The translations under genes were made by a program, and so were the position numbers. DNA of 20,000 nt from Priapulus caudatus (Eukaryota): assembly GCF_000485595.1 (NCBI RefSeq), contig NW_014577069.1:113422-133421 (forward strand), read 5' to 3'. Position 1 is the first letter of the stretch. Each line of letters starts with the position of its first letter. Of this stretch, positions 9,212-20,000 are shown one piece after another. The notes below the pieces were generated by a model. The model made no database searches, was not told the origin of the DNA, and saw nothing but the letters and a program-made list of their open reading frames with translations.

Positions 9212-9453
9212 TTAGATGAGGTGAAACACCAGCTGATTTCATTCAATGGTAACATATGTTGTCTGTGACTTTTGAACCTAATTATCTGTGTCTGTGTGTG
9301 TACATGAGTAGTTATATGCGTATAATGTGCCTTTATATTATAACTGGGCAATCCACTTTTACCACTAATTTTTTTGTAGTGTTATTGAGGAGTTAACATA
9401 TCTGCCAATATTTTTTTTACACATAATAGGTGATTTTATTGCATGATTCACAG

Positions 9454-9593
9454 GCCACAAAGACTCAGTAACCTGTGTTGGCTTTAATCATGACTCAACC
9501 ATGGTTGCAACTGGTGACATGTCTGGTCTGATTAATGTTTGGCGAGTTCAAGATGGGTCTAGCATTTGGTCATTCGAAGCATCAGATCTGGAA
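9454..9593 (+). CDS. AAMP: AAMP coding exon 4
   Basis: [47 protein letters not shown]; acceptor CACAG, donor GAA|GTAAGT. Confidence 0.96.
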
Positions 9594-9817
9594 GTAAGTG
9601 AAATTTGGCTTCATGGTTGTATGTATCTCGATTGACTCTATCAAGTGAAAAACATCTAGACTTATGATATATAACAACAATGTAACTTTTGTTGAAACAT
9701 GATTGATATTAGGGAAGGGGGCATAACCTGATACAACATAATTAATATCTGATTATTGAGGTAAAGAAAATTTCCTGCATTTTGCTAATTATAATCTTTA
9801 TGTAATCATTTCTGTAG

Positions 9818-9962
9818 TGGATGGAGTGGCACCATAGTGCACCAGTGCTGCTTGCAGGAACAAGTGATGGTATGACCTGGATGTGGAAGGTGCCAAGCGG
9901 TGAACTAAAGACCTTCCAGGGCCCCAGCTGCCAAGCTACCTGTGGCCAGTGGTTGCCTGATG
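9818..9962 (+). CDS. AAMP: AAMP coding exon 5
   Basis: [52 protein letters not shown] boundaries. Confidence 0.96.
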
Positions 9963-10139
9963 GTAGGTATAAATTCTAATGAGTCTAACGAGTGTTAATG
10001 TGTGCACTTGTCTACACGCATCATCAAACATGATTCTTTTTGTTGTGTACATCCACACACTTATACATTGCGAGTGATGTGGCGACTTTTCCTGTTTTAA
10101 TAGTGTGTTGTGAAGAATTAATGAAGTCATTTGTTCTAG

Positions 10140-10223
10140 GAAAACGAGCATGTGTTGGATACGATGATGGAGTAGTGAAGATTTGGGACTTGAAGACTGG
10201 TGCCGGACAGTTTACCCTGTCAG
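10140..10223 (+). CDS. AAMP: AAMP coding exon 6
   Basis: GKRACVGYDDGVVKIWDLKTGAGQFTLS; AG/GT boundaries. Confidence 0.95.
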
Positions 10224-10690
10224 GTATGTTCTTTGGTTTTCCTTTCCGCTTTACAAAGCCATATTTTCATGTAATGTACTGATTCTATGTCCTATTTCAT
10301 GACCACAATTCACGTCACTCTACTCATTGTGAAATAATTTGATGTTGTTAATAATGTCAACATGAACAGGTGTATAAAATGAACATACCTCAGCACAATG
10401 TTGTTAGATGCTGGACACTTAATGACAAACTCGGAATAAATGGGAAGTATCAACAGCGAGTAGTGTACATATGTTTTACAAACTTTATTGTAATTCTCAT
10501 TATCACTGCAGTCACGATTGTTGCCTTTGTGATCGTCGCTGTCACCACAATCATTTTCATTGGCAACAACAGCAGTATTAATAAATGGCTTCTAGGCGAA
10601 ACTAATCTCGCGTCCCCTCTTATCAAATAACTCGTACGTAACTGGCTAGTAAATTCCTTAACAGAAGAAATTGATTGCTAATTCCTCTAG

Positions 10691-10892
10691 ATGGTGATGC
10701 ACACAAGAGCTCTGTGACATGTTTAGACTGTCACCACGACAACACCCTGATTGCTACTGGCTCAACGGATGTAACCTGCAGGTTAATAAACAGCCACAAT
10801 GGTAAGGTACTCGGTATCATTGACGCTGGAGACCAACAGCAGGAAGGCGCAAATGCCGAGGACTCGATCGAATCCGTCGCATTCTCTCCGAG
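10691..10892 (+). CDS. AAMP: AAMP coding exon 7
   Basis: DGDAHKSSVTCLDCHHDNTLIATGSTDVTCRLINSHNGKVLG...DSIESVAFSP; donor AG|GTACGT, phase 2. Confidence 0.94.
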
Positions 10893-11014
10893 GTACGTCT
10901 GCCATTAATTATACATGGGAATGTCCCCCATCTAGTATCTTTGAAGGAGGTCGATAAATATTCAAGGCCGGTGGTTTATCTGTTAGATGTTTGCAACATG
11001 AACGATCACATTTG

Positions 11015-11939
11015 CAGGGTCTCCAACCATTCCTCATTCTGCGGAATCATTACGATTTCTAGGCTTAATTTCCACATTCCGCAGCGGCAAGGTTATATTC
11101 CTCATTTCAGTTGCACTGTGCAAAATTTGCACTGATTGTTCGCTTGGACACATTGTTTTTTTCCAGCTGGTGCCTGAGCACTGGCCACGCGCTGGTGCAG
11201 TGGAGATGCAGCAAGTTTATTAATAGCCTTCACTGCCCAAGTCGTTTTCTGGAAATACACACTCATAGTGCTCTCTGCCATTACCTTAGCTTTGCACCCC
11301 CCCCCCTCCCTACCATCGCTCAGTGTTATGATGTGTTTCTATGCATTTTGTATCTGGCATGTCTACGGTAAATGGAACAGCCTAGTCAGACAGGCACTGT
11401 CTGCAAGGTGTCGCGTAGTTTGTCTGCTAATCAGATTAACACGTGGGGAGAATTCAATGGCGTCCACATTGCCGGCCAAAAAACCCCGACTTTTACAGAA
11501 ATTCAGGAACGAATATACACAAATGTGTCCTATACTTGTGAAGTCAAAACTTAGTGTTAATCATGGCTATTGCATGGTATGCAAGACAGACTTTCAAGTG
11601 GGGCACGGAGGAATGAAAAGTGTTTTGAATCCTAACTTGTAGGGTTGAGTCTAGGGTTGAGATAGGGTCATCAGACATGAGAATATGGCCCACAGTATGC
11701 CGCAGATTGCAGGAAAATGGCTTAAATATTTCAACATTTTCTGGGGGGGGGGCATGCCCCCAGACCCCCAGACCCCCTAGCACTGGCATGCCTGCAGCAC
11801 GCGGGCCTGCCTGCGGCAGCCAAGGTACATTTCGCCCTCCCCCCTGTCCATCAATTTCTGAATACGCCACTATAGTAATTAGTTACTCATCACTGCCAGA
11901 AACACTCCGCATTTGGAGTTCATAGGGTTGGAGACCCTG
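11015..11939 (+). mobile_element. Internally deleted hAT-like transposon in AAMP intron 7, perfect 6-bp TSD
   Basis: 14-bp TIR CAGGGTCTCCAACC / GGTTGGAGACCCTG; CATTTG on both flanks (11009-11014, 11940-11945); fragment from ATG 11457 (QKFRNEY..KSKLSVNHGYCMVCKTDFQVGHGG) resembles the BED/TTF-type zinc finger of hAT transposases. Confidence 0.85.
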
Positions 11940-12631
11940 CATTTGCGTGGTGACTTTGGCAACAGTGATTGCTATCAACAGACAACTTGCTGTCCTATCA
12001 TTTTGCATCATTTTGCGAGGTTATGGATATTGCAGGGGTAGTGGTTGGGACTCCTTATTTTGCTGATTGAATTCAGTGATTCGAATTCTCGTTATATGTT
12101 GTGTAACCTTGATAGTTATATGTAACACCTATGCATGACATTACAGTGAAGGTATGTCATCAAAAGATAGGTTGCATGAAGCATGAATGGCAGTCACCAA
12201 AGTCACAAATTAAAAATAACAAGAGTCTTATTGTTGTATGGATAAATGCTATAAATGGCTGAACTCTGTTAAAAAGTGAATTACTTGGGTTGGGGGGGGG
12301 GCAGCTAAACGTGTTAGTGCGAGCCAAAATATTGTTTGGTGTAATTAAAGGCAAAAGGGGCGAATGATCATGAACAAAAGTGTACTTTGATCCTGTGTGT
12401 TGAGTGAAGGCGATACACCATGTGCTCCCAGAGAGTGTGTCCGATACAACAAGCCACCCTTGCAGGGTTTAAGTCTTATGCAGTGCTTGAGCTACTCTTA
12501 ATTAAAGGTAATACACTTGGTCTATCACCCTCACTCCACATAGATTCCCAGATTTTACGTGTCTATTCTCTATCATGAAATGTGTTGCTTATTATAATTT
12601 AGCTAAGCGTTGCTGTCCTGGAATTTTTCAG

Positions 12632-12719
12632 TCTTCAGCTTTTGGCAACAGGCAGCCTAAATGGAATGCTTGGAATATGGGATGTTCCAACCCAAGTGCT
12701 ACGACATAACTGCAAACAG
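12632..12719 (+). CDS. AAMP: AAMP coding exon 8
   Basis: LQLLATGSLNGMLGIWDVPTQVLRHNCKQ; acceptor TTTTTCAG, donor CAG|GTAAAA. Confidence 0.92.
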
Positions 12720-13328
12720 GTAAAAGTTGTAGATTGCTGCATTCATACCTTGCTCCTATTTCTGAAATCATCAGTGCACTTATACTCCCTGTCCGTGGCT
12801 GTGACACAAAAGCACACAGCACTCTTCTTCTTCTCTAGACAATCCGGCAGTGGTGTACCTCAGTCAACTCCACTGCTCTCATACATTGTATGTGAACTTG
12901 TTGGCTGCTTAAATTTCCCCTGCTTGGAAGGATTTTTGAGTTATGAGCCAAGCAAAAAAACGCATAGTTAATAAGCTCTATTTTAAATAATGTTTCTTAT
13001 TCTGTTACAACAAGCTTGTGTAAATGATATTTTCAGGTGTAACGTAATAGACAGATTATCTGTCCATTATTTCTGTCTGGGTGGTATGATATTTGCAGCT
13101 CGTAATTATCATTAGCCTGTTTAATAGGGTTAACTTATTTAACAGAACTGAGCTGTACAAGAAATTGCGTTCAACATCCAGTAACATGGCTGCCATGTAA
13201 TGTGATTGTGATATTTTTATTTGATTGGAGTGATGTTTTGGCAGTGTAGTGGAGACATCATTTGGTTTTAATTGGTTAACTTGTATTCTATTTCTTGCAT
13301 ACCAAACGTGTGTTTGTGTTCCTTGTAG

Positions 13329-13483
13329 ACAGGGATTGTGAAACTGAAATGGGATCCAACTGGGCCACTTGTTTACACTGTTAGTCTTGATGGCTTGATT
13401 CGATTATGGGATGGAAGGAGCGGAAACCTGGCATCGCACTGGTCTGGACACCATGCTGAAATATTGGATTTTGACGTTAGCCG
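13329..13483 (+). CDS. AAMP: AAMP coding exon 9
   Basis: TGIVKLKWDPTGPLVYTVSLDGLIRLWDGRSGNLASHWSGHHAEILDFDVS; AG/GT boundaries. Confidence 0.96.
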
Positions 13484-13882
13484 GTATGTATCAATCTATT
13501 ATAATAATAATAATAATATCTTATTAATGTAATATGAATGAGCACTTTAGGTCAATAATCAAACATTATGATATCTTTTTTTAAATTATTAGCTCTCGAA
13601 TAAATCGAAATATAATGTAGACGATTTAGGCATCATCATGTAACTGCGTCAACAAGAAGTCAACAAGGAAGTTTCAATCATTGCATTTTGTGTGTGAAAG
13701 TAACGAGTGTTTTAAGACACTTTAGCCTCATTTTAGGCACTCACTGTTATGCAAGCAATAGACCAGTCAGTATTGTATTGGTCAGAAAAGTTTGCGAATG
13801 CTCGGAAAGCCTTTTTTAAATTATCAATTTAAATGGATCACTTGACATTAAAATGTTGCCATTCGTTTTGATGTCTTTTCAG

Positions 13883-13958
13883 AGATGGCAGCACTTTAGT
13901 CACGGCATCTGGGGATGGCTCCACCCGTGTCTTCCACATGCACCGGCCTGACAGATAA
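13883..13958 (+). CDS. AAMP: AAMP terminal coding exon
   Basis: DGSTLVTASGDGSTRVFHMHRPDR then TAA; the C-terminal RPDR matches AAMP. Confidence 0.96.
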
Positions 13959-14460
13959 TAACTACAGCTTCTAGCAATCACCTTGATGGCCAAATCTCAT
14001 TTGGCTTTATAGAAGGTGGTGCTTGGACTGATACATTCACATAGACATATAATATATTAGCTTTTCCTTAAGAATCTGACAGTGGATAAAGTGGAGGCAG
14101 GCTGTCTCAGAGATCCTTGTTGTGTATAATTGCCATTGTGTTTTAGAAGTAGCATTTGCACACGTTGTGTTTGGCATTGAAAACACTATACTGCTGAAAC
14201 ACTTCAGATTAAACGTTGAACCAGTTCTACTCAATAAGTTTTTTGATGTCATAAATGATTACTCATAATTTTAATGATTCAAACATATTGCATTGTTGAA
14301 TTTGCATGGGGCAGTATGTTATTTCAGTTACCACTCAAATTTCTTTCCTATACATTAGGAATATCAGTATCACGATGTCCTTATCTTTGTAAGTCTCTCT
14401 AAATGCGCTGGTTTGGCACCCAGGTTGTGTGGCCAGAAATGTTGATGAATAATGGGATAA

Positions 14461-14466
14461 AATAAA
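14461..14466 (+). terminator. Candidate proximal polyadenylation signal of AAMP
   Basis: AATAAA about 500 nt after the stop codon. Confidence 0.35.
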
Positions 14467-14790
14467 CTGCTCATTGCTTGTTGCTGAAACCCTTTAGTGT
14501 GAAAGGTGCCATCGTTTCACTAACAAACGCAATGTCATTTGAAAGGCGAATGTTACTAAGGAGTGTAATTTCCATAAGGTGAGCATTTGATGCAAAACTC
14601 GTTGAGCTAATGAATGGAATAAGCCTGCTGGCCAGTGCAAAAGCTCTGTTTTTGTATGAATGTCTCCACGTAATATTAAACTTGCCAGCTAACGCCTCGC
14701 ATCTAAACGATTTGATGGTTGATATATAATATCCCTCGCCGAGCCCTGCATGTGTACAATACTGGTTGCCTGTTATTGTTGGTATATTTG

Positions 14791-14796
14791 AATAAA
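14791..14796 (+). terminator. Candidate distal polyadenylation signal of AAMP
   Basis: AATAAA about 830 nt after the stop codon. Confidence 0.4.
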
Positions 14797-16125
14797 TGAA
14801 GTGAATTCTATATTGCAGTGAAAATACAAACAAGTATAACGTGCGTCAAACGATTTGTCTTAAATACGAAGATGTTTTTTCGTTTTTTCCTGATAGTACA
14901 GTTGCTCTTTGTAGAGCCAAGAGACGTTAGCATTTAGTGTATTCATTTTAACCCGAATATACATTAAATCGCATCCAAATGTGTGGATTGTAGACGTCTA
15001 TATGACTATACATCATAGGTGATGTTGGTTCTATGTTAATGGGCTTGCACCGTTATCGGCAACAGTGTTAGAAACTAGTACGCGAATGATTTAAAGTTTG
15101 TTAAACGTTCTATTGACATTTTGTCTGAGACATTTAGCAGTTAGTTTCAACAGCTTAATTGGTCGAGCGTCGCACCTATCAGAAACATGCCATTATATTT
15201 AGCTATGACAATAACTCTAATATAAAACATTGTTTAATAAGCTATCATAATATCATAAGCTGCACTGCGTCGATAATAATTTACAGTATCTGCACCAATC
15301 GGGGTGCACTAGACGGCAAGCAATTTTACACTCGTGTCCTCTCTATTCCAAACTGCTTAGCCATGGGGCCGGTACACACTCATTGGCGCTGGCTACGCGC
15401 GTATTCTCTATTCATGTTATAGATGTATATTCTTTACACTGCTGAACTTCCGCAATTTCCCATAAAAATGCAGACTACTATTCGCAGTATTAAATGGCCT
15501 TCGTTCATCGCTGTGCGGGCGAGCGGCTACGTTAAACATTCACGCATATCAGAATTCAAACTGGCCGTTTAACAGCATTTTCATTGGAATATTTTAAAGC
15601 TGCTATACAACATATATCTGCTTAAGCTTTTTTTTTAAATAATACACGGTCACAGTAGCGGATAAAACTGTTAAATACGTAATGTGGACATCACATTACG
15701 TGGACGTTGTCTCGTAACAGTCTCACCGTATGTGGGTGGTTGATTAATAATAGTTAACCACCATGAATCTTTGCTGAACCTTGTAAATTTGCAGAAACAA
15801 AGCTGACCGTGCCTACGGAACAAATTCTAACGGAGCAGAACTATTTCTAATTTAATTTAAATGGTCTCATCACAACGTGTGCTAGTAGCGATTGGCGCGT
15901 TGCTTCTTTCTTGCACACTTCGTGGCGCCCTGGATTCTCCTGGAACCATTTTGGGTTTGTTCCATTCGTAGAGGTTATGGTGAGGAGTGCACGTTTTTAA
16001 GGTCAAGATCTTGAGCCACCGATCATGAATTCTCTTTACAGCATTTTTTAAATATTTAATCTACACGTTATCGGCCTCTACAATATTTACCCCCCCCCCT
16101 AAAGTACAGCGTTATCCCGTCCCCC

Positions 16126-16251
16126 CTACTTGAGCATGACTTTCAAAATGTAGGCCGTTGACAACTTTGCACTCGTATATACAAGATAGGTGCCGCCACC
16201 AGTTGAAAATGCCTCCCAGTCGGTACTCGCTGTCGTCTCTAACGAATGTAC
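16126..16251 (-). CDS. TSPEAR: TSPEAR terminal coding exon (VHSLETTASTDWEAFSTGGGTYLVYTSAKLSTAYILKVMLK*)
   Basis: Acceptor TGTTGCAG, phase 0; matches the TSPEAR C-terminus VHSLPT..DWEAFST..AYLIYSSAK; frame not in the ORF track. Confidence 0.92.
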   Translation of the reverse strand, partial: VHSLETTASTDWEAFSTGGGTYLVYTSAKLSTAYILKVMLK

Positions 16252-16647
16252 CTGCAACACAATTTCGAGTTTTTAGAGCGCTACAGCGTATTGCATGGTA
16301 TATTGAACAAGTTCCAGCACGCCTCATCTTATCAGTCATTGCTAACATTGTATAACATGCCAACATTTTGGGCTTCTTTATTCAAGCAGAAAACCAATGA
16401 GGGGGAAAACGGGGGTGATTTCAAGTTTCCCAGGTAAAAATATGCCATTTCCCAGGCCCGAAATTTGATTTATCGAATCACGAAAATTTATCCGGTATTT
16501 TCCGGTTCCCAGTTAATTAAAATGGTGTAATCCCGCGTCCCGAAAATAACCGTTCACCATCACTATTCTTCTAACACTATTAATGTCGACCGCGCATTCA
16601 TCACTTACAAGCATGCTAAGATTAACATATATAATAATGTATAACTT

Positions 16648-16843
16648 AATATAATATAATATAATATAATATGATATAATATAATATAATATAATATAAT
16701 ATAATATAATGTAATGTAATGTAATGTAATATAACATAACATAACACAACACAACACAACACAACACAGCACAGCACAGCACAGCATAACATAACATAAC
16801 ATAACATAACATAACATAACATAACATAACATAACATAACATA
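16648..16843. repeat. Compound pentanucleotide microsatellite
   Basis: Consecutive blocks of ATAAT, GTAAT, ATAAC, ACAAC, ACAGC, ATAAC. Confidence 0.97.
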
Positions 16844-16960
16844 GCACCAGGAGTGTATAATAGGAGTGTATATTATGTACTCCTGATAACATAATGTGTA
16901 GCCCTATGTTTCATAACTTATGATGATACTGGGACGCGGTAATCGTTGTTTTCTACGTAC

Positions 16961-17099
16961 CCGAACAAACTTCTCTGCACCCTGCCAACGGTAGACGCTG
17001 CTGTGGCCAGGATAGCGGGGCGTCTCCTCGTCCTTCTGCGCGTTGGACACGATCAAATATGTGCTGTCGCCTACCTTGAATGACTCCCAGTCAGTAGCG
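16961..17099 (-). CDS. TSPEAR: TSPEAR penultimate coding exon (EAR repeat)
   Basis: SATDWESFKVGDSTYLIVSNAQKDEETPRYPGHSSVYRWQGAEKFVR; acceptor CCTTGCAG, donor CGG|GTACGT. Confidence 0.93.
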
Positions 17100-17631
17100 C
17101 TGCAAGGACGTAGGGACAATAACTTACTTAGCGAATTAATCGGGTGCCTGCAATTACTACCAAACAGTGATAGAGTGCAGCTATTTACTAAGCGAGGAAA
17201 CTGCCAACCGAGGGGAAAAAAAAATAGAAAAAAGCCAAGTTGAGGCTGTCATTCATATCCAAGTAAATCTGCTGAGAGAGTTGTAAGCTTAGTGTTTTTC
17301 AGATCATTTTTGAAGGTTGACGTAAAGAGGTTTTGCGCTGCATAGAAAGCATGAAGAGATCGTATCGATTAACAGGACGAAGTAGACGTAGAAGAGGACA
17401 ATAATTTCGATTACAAATCACAACATTATTCATCACTTTTGTTGCTACACAGTTGGTATTTGGTTCCTGTAAATTATACTATGGAGGTCAAACTAACACC
17501 ACTTCTTGTCACGATTATAAGCTGTAACCCACGATATTGAACCGTAGCTGGTTCCGGTAATTTCCTGAGGAAAATAATCAGTTCCGAAATTCCTAAGGTA
17601 GTTTGGTAAATGCTGATGAATTCCAACTGAC

Positions 17632-17819
17632 CTTCGCGTCAAGATATCTTGGTATTTCTCGAACATGCCCTGTTCCTTGTTGAACTTGTAGATGGACGAA
17701 TTAAGGAAGTAGGGCGCCATGTTCTGCTTGTTTTGCGGGCCATAATTGTAGGAGTTAGCCACGGCCAGATAGACGTCGTCTTTCACAGTGAAGAACTCCC
17801 AGTCCACGGCACCTATCGT
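17632..17819 (-). CDS. TSPEAR: TSPEAR internal coding exon (EAR repeat)
   Basis: TIGAVDWEFFTVKDDVYLAVANSYNYGPQNKQNMAPYFLNSSIYKFNKEQGMFEKYQDILTR; acceptor TGTTGCAG, donor AG|GTCAGT, phase 2 joins the next exon; upstream exons not seen in the window. Confidence 0.93.
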
Positions 17820-18054
17820 CTGCAACAGAGTTGTAAGAGTTTTTTTAAACCTGTGTTTTCTCTCTTTAATGGAAGAAAATGGGAAATAGCGACAAAAGAA
17901 ACAGTAAGGTAGAGAGATTGTCAGGCGCGTGCGCATACCCCACACACGCACACACTCACGCAGCCACAGACAGGCACTGCGTACACACATACGCATGCAC
18001 ACGCGCGTACATGCGCATATAACTAGACGAGGCTCACATATGCTCGCACGCTCG

Positions 18055-18126
18055 CACGCACACGCACACGCACACGCACACGCACACGCACACGCACACG
18101 CACACGCACACGCACACGCACACGCG
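18055..18126. repeat. (CACGCA)n hexanucleotide microsatellite within a wider CA/CG-rich tract (about 17925-18140)
   Basis: About 12 perfect units; alternating purine-pyrimidine. Confidence 0.95.
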
Positions 18127-19179
18127 CGCGCACACACATACATCTTGACGCGTGCAAACTCGTGCCACGTCTTAAACACGCAACGCTTGGTGGCTAATTG
18201 CACGCAATATTTACAACGTGCACACATTACAATGTTATACGTGACAGGTTCGGTGTAAGTTACGTTATATAATTTGGTTATTTCATCTACCGATAATGAT
18301 GTTTTCATTGCGAGTAGCGGCGGCGGCTGCTGCTGGCATATGCTTCTTGCTTCTATGTTATTTGCATAAACCATAATTCATATGAGCTAGTTCACGGCTA
18401 TATTTGACACTTGTGCGCGTTTCAAATCAAGCGGGTTATGCTGATGATGTAAAATTAGTAATCTAAAATTATTAGTGATTTGAGCATGCATATTGAACCC
18501 ATGTAAATTTTAATATCGTTTGATCAATGCCCATTTTAGAGATGAAAAATTTCATACAAAGTGCGCAGTAGTGGCGCCATCTAGAACAGCTTTGCCATCG
18601 TCTGCGAACCCAGAGCAGCTGGCCTGCGCGCGCGAGGTTATTAGCGTATTCGGCGGCAGCAGCAATAACGGCGAGACAGACGCAGGAATGCGGGCGTGTG
18701 TTCGGAGGTGTTGATTAGCTACAATCCTTAGCCGAGTGAGAAATGGCCGAGTCTCGCCTCATCAATGTTCCAGCGCAATTTGTTAGTCGTGCGCCTTTGT
18801 AATTCTGCTTCTTATGGCCCGTCGTTAGCGATCATGAGTGTCGGTAATGAAGCCTGGTTAAGCAGCGGCTGCGTGTCGTCCATTGCGACCGCGCCGTACG
18901 CCCGCCATGACAGTGGCCTGACCACCCATTGAGAGCACGATGAATGGTGCATGGGCGCGGAGCAGCACATCTTGTCTCTGTACATTGCCGCGGCGACGAT
19001 TTAACTACTCATTTGTCGATCTCTTTAGTTGCCCGCGCGTCTGTCTTTACAAACGAGAGTTTAATCGCTAACACTGTTTCTAAGTGCTAACACGAAGCAA
19101 GACTTTGAAACACGTTGAGCTATAATACCAAGATAGTATGGTTGTGTTACGTGTGCGTTATACACTCATATATGTACAT

Positions 19180-19284
19180 ATATGTGGGTGTGTTGTGTGT
19201 GTGTGTGTGTGTGGTGTGTGTTGTGTGTGTCGTGCGTGCGTGCGTGTGTTGTGTGGTGGGTGTGTGTGTGTGGTGTGTGTGTGT

Positions 19285-19326
<42 letters not shown>

Positions 19327-19365
19327 TGTGGTGTGTGGGGTGTGTGTGTGTGTGTGTGTGCGTGG
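19180..19365. repeat. Imperfect (GT)n microsatellite
   Basis: Long interrupted GT runs. Confidence 0.95.
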
Positions 19366-19779
19366 GTATGGACCAGTGGAAGGTGTGATGTGTAGAGGTG
19401 GGGTTGCTAGGGCGCTGGCTGCTTGACGTGTGGTGTAATAAACCAGAGTGTTTTCAATGATGAGAAATAAAATATAGGGCAAGCTGACAGCATACATTCA
19501 TTAGGCGGGGCGCGCCGTGTCTGTGATTATATGCAAACCCGTATAGACAGCCATCATCGACCCCAGCTCGCAGCACCAAGCCCAATCGTTTATATTACAC
19601 GCTAAAACAGTTTTGGCTAATTAGCAGCGTCCTGCGTTAATTATTCAATGTTGCGGATGGGAAAGCTGGGCCTAGGCTTTCTCGTCGCGTCACGCCGATC
19701 TGGTGGTGAGGGGGTGCGTGTACCGCTGTTTGTGAAGGGTTGAAGTCGTATTTGCTGAGTAGTGGTTGCGTGTATCAAA

Positions 19780-20000
19780 TTAATATTTGGTCGGGGTTGT
19801 GTGTATACGCGTGTTGCGTGTGGTGGCGTGTATATTGCCTGTTTGCGGTGTGGTTGCGGTATATTGCTGTTGGCCGGTGTGGTGCGTGGTATATTGCTTG
19901 GTTTGGCGGTGTGGTTGCGTGTATATTTGCCGCTGTTGGTGGTTGTTGCGTGGGTATAGTGCTGTTTGGTGTGTGGTTTGCGTGTATATTGCTGTTTGTG
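19780..20000. repeat. Degenerate GT-rich minisatellite, unit approximately GTGTGGTTGCGTGTATATTGCTGTTTG, running off the window
   Basis: Recurrent GTATATTGC and GTGGTTGCG motifs at about 27-31 bp spacing. Confidence 0.8.

Noticed and set aside
16398..16566. Possible old MITE with TTCCCAG repeats
   Set aside because: Ends too degenerate; no TSD
16513..16892. MLCYV/YYIIL repeat ORFs
   Set aside because: Translations of the pentanucleotide microsatellite
17493..18374. 293-aa ORF as a single CDS
   Set aside because: Only 17632-17819 is a TSPEAR exon; the rest is intron kept open by the CACGCA repeat
19115..19959. Cys/Val- and His/Thr-rich ORFs
   Set aside because: Translations of GT microsatellite and minisatellite

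Overview
Eukaryotic genomic DNA, probably from a marine invertebrate (lophotrochozoan-like repeat content; this is inference). Three spliced genes can be read. (1) A complete 10-coding-exon AAMP/SQT1 WD40 gene on + (6147-13958, 1284 nt CDS, 427 aa, all introns GT-AG and in phase). (2) The last three exons of a TSPEAR (EAR-repeat) gene on -, tail-to-tail with AAMP. (3) A 31-codon first coding exon on - (2631-2723), absent from the ORF track, resembling the N-terminus of mitochondrial glycerol-3-phosphate dehydrogenase (GPD2), head-to-head with AAMP. The non-coding DNA is dense with non-autonomous DNA transposons. The most striking structure is at 507-2611: two different long-inverted-repeat (fold-back) elements with TAG...CTA ends sit in tandem, bounded and separated by three identical copies of a 9-bp direct repeat GTACTCTGC (AcademH-like hallmarks); one carries a nested solo LTR. 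Also present: three CAGGG-ended hAT-like elements with 6-bp rather than 8-bp target duplications, a MULE-like MITE, a MADF-carrying Harbinger-like element, a Helentron/DINE-1-like element and several simple repeats. Most ORFs in the supplied track are artefacts. All family assignments are from recalled sequence knowledge, not database searches.
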